This document shows positions 63,387 through 64,000 of a stretch of DNA of 64,000 nt, piece by piece. Positions within the stretch are counted from its first letter, which is position 1; every line of letters starts with the position of its first letter. The notes beneath the pieces are model-generated. The model was not told the DNA's origin and searched no databases. It saw only the letters and a program-made list of their open reading frames with translations. A program made the position numbers and the translations under genes. The DNA comes from an uncultured Alphaproteobacteria bacterium (GTDB taxonomy: Bacteria; Pseudomonadota; Alphaproteobacteria; Rhizobiales; Beijerinckiaceae), in NCBI GenBank assembly GCA_963784075.1, contig CAWAQW010000025.1:30230-94229 (forward strand), given 5' to 3'.

Positions 63387-64000
63387 TCACTCGAGCTCCA
63401 CGACAAGCCCCTCGTGCAAGGTCACGCGCCGGTCCATGCGGCTTGCCAGCTCCATGTTATGGGTCGCGATCAAGGTTGCAAGGCCCGTCGCCCGGACAAT
63501 CGCCTCGAGCGCCTCGAACACATGATCGGCGGTCTTCGGATCGAGATTGCCGGTCGGTTCGTCGGCAAGCAAGAGGCGCGGGCCATTGGCCACGGCGCGG
63601 GCGATCGCCACACGCTGCTGCTCGCCGCCGGAAAGTTCCGCCGGCCTGTGTTTTGCGCGCGCCGACAATCCAAGATAATGGAGCAATTGCCGGGCGCGGT
63701 CTTCTGCCTCGCGCCGCGAAAGGCCGGCGATCATTTGCGGCAAGGTGATATTTTCAAGTGCGGTAAATTCCGGCAAGAGATGATGGAACTGGTAGACGAA
63801 GCCGATCTCGCCGCGCCGCAACGCGGTCCTTGCAGCGTCGTCCATGCCAACCGTGGCTTCCCCCGCGATGAACACCTCCCCCGCGTCGGGCTTTTCGAGA
63901 AGTCCCGCGATATGGAGAAGCGTCGATTTGCCGGCGCCAGAGGGGGCAACCAGTGCGGCCGACTGCCCAGCCCACAAGTAGAAATCAGCGCCGCGCAAAA
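63387..64000 (-). CDS. lolD: Lipoprotein-releasing ABC ATPase (start outside the window)
   Basis: [46 protein letters not shown]. Confidence 0.92.
   Translation of the reverse strand, partial: LRGADFYLWAGQSAALVAPSGAGKSTLLHIAGLLEKPDAGEVFIAGEATVGMDDAARTALRRGEIGFVYQFHHLLPEFTALENITLPQMIAGLSRREAEDRARQLLHYLGLSARAKHRPAELSGGEQQRVAIARAVANGPRLLLADEPTGNLDPKTADHVFEALEAIVRATGLATLIATHNMELASRMDRRVTLHEGLVVELE

Overview
GC-rich alphaproteobacterial (Hyphomicrobiales; Beijerinckiaceae-like by my impression) chromosome segment. It contains many frameshifts and nonsense codons, which may be real decay, long-read error, or both. 1-29.3 kb is a composite, decaying island: a LexA-box-bearing SOS cluster (imuA-imuB, dinB, SRAP, UvrD-like helicase), an ICE tail (LysR, DUF2274, trbI), several IS remnants and ppk2. 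It also holds three tandem DUF3489/DUF2924/large-serine-recombinase modules. Each module is followed by the same tRNA-Gln-3'-end-like motif (TGGCTG-N8-GGATTCGAAC), and two modules carry a conserved, covarying structured 5' leader. 29.7-36 kb holds an F0 ATP synthase operon whose b' subunit has an unusual ~210-aa N-terminal TM+coiled-coil extension, then rpsD and arsC/arsH. 36.3-44.8 kb is a degraded phage-satellite-like element (P4-type integrase, AlpA-like, RepA/AAA fragment, terminase-like genes) that includes a candidate sRNA resembling the 16S rRNA 3' end. 45-64 kb is mostly housekeeping/metabolic: thioesterase, quinone reductase, TauE, orphan tadG/E/E, L,D-transpeptidase, tryptophanase, GH94 phosphorylase, a FixK/FNR-box USP-ADH cluster, Mop and lolD. 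I found no intact tRNA/rRNA gene and no CRISPR array. All family calls come from motif recognition by eye, not from database searches.
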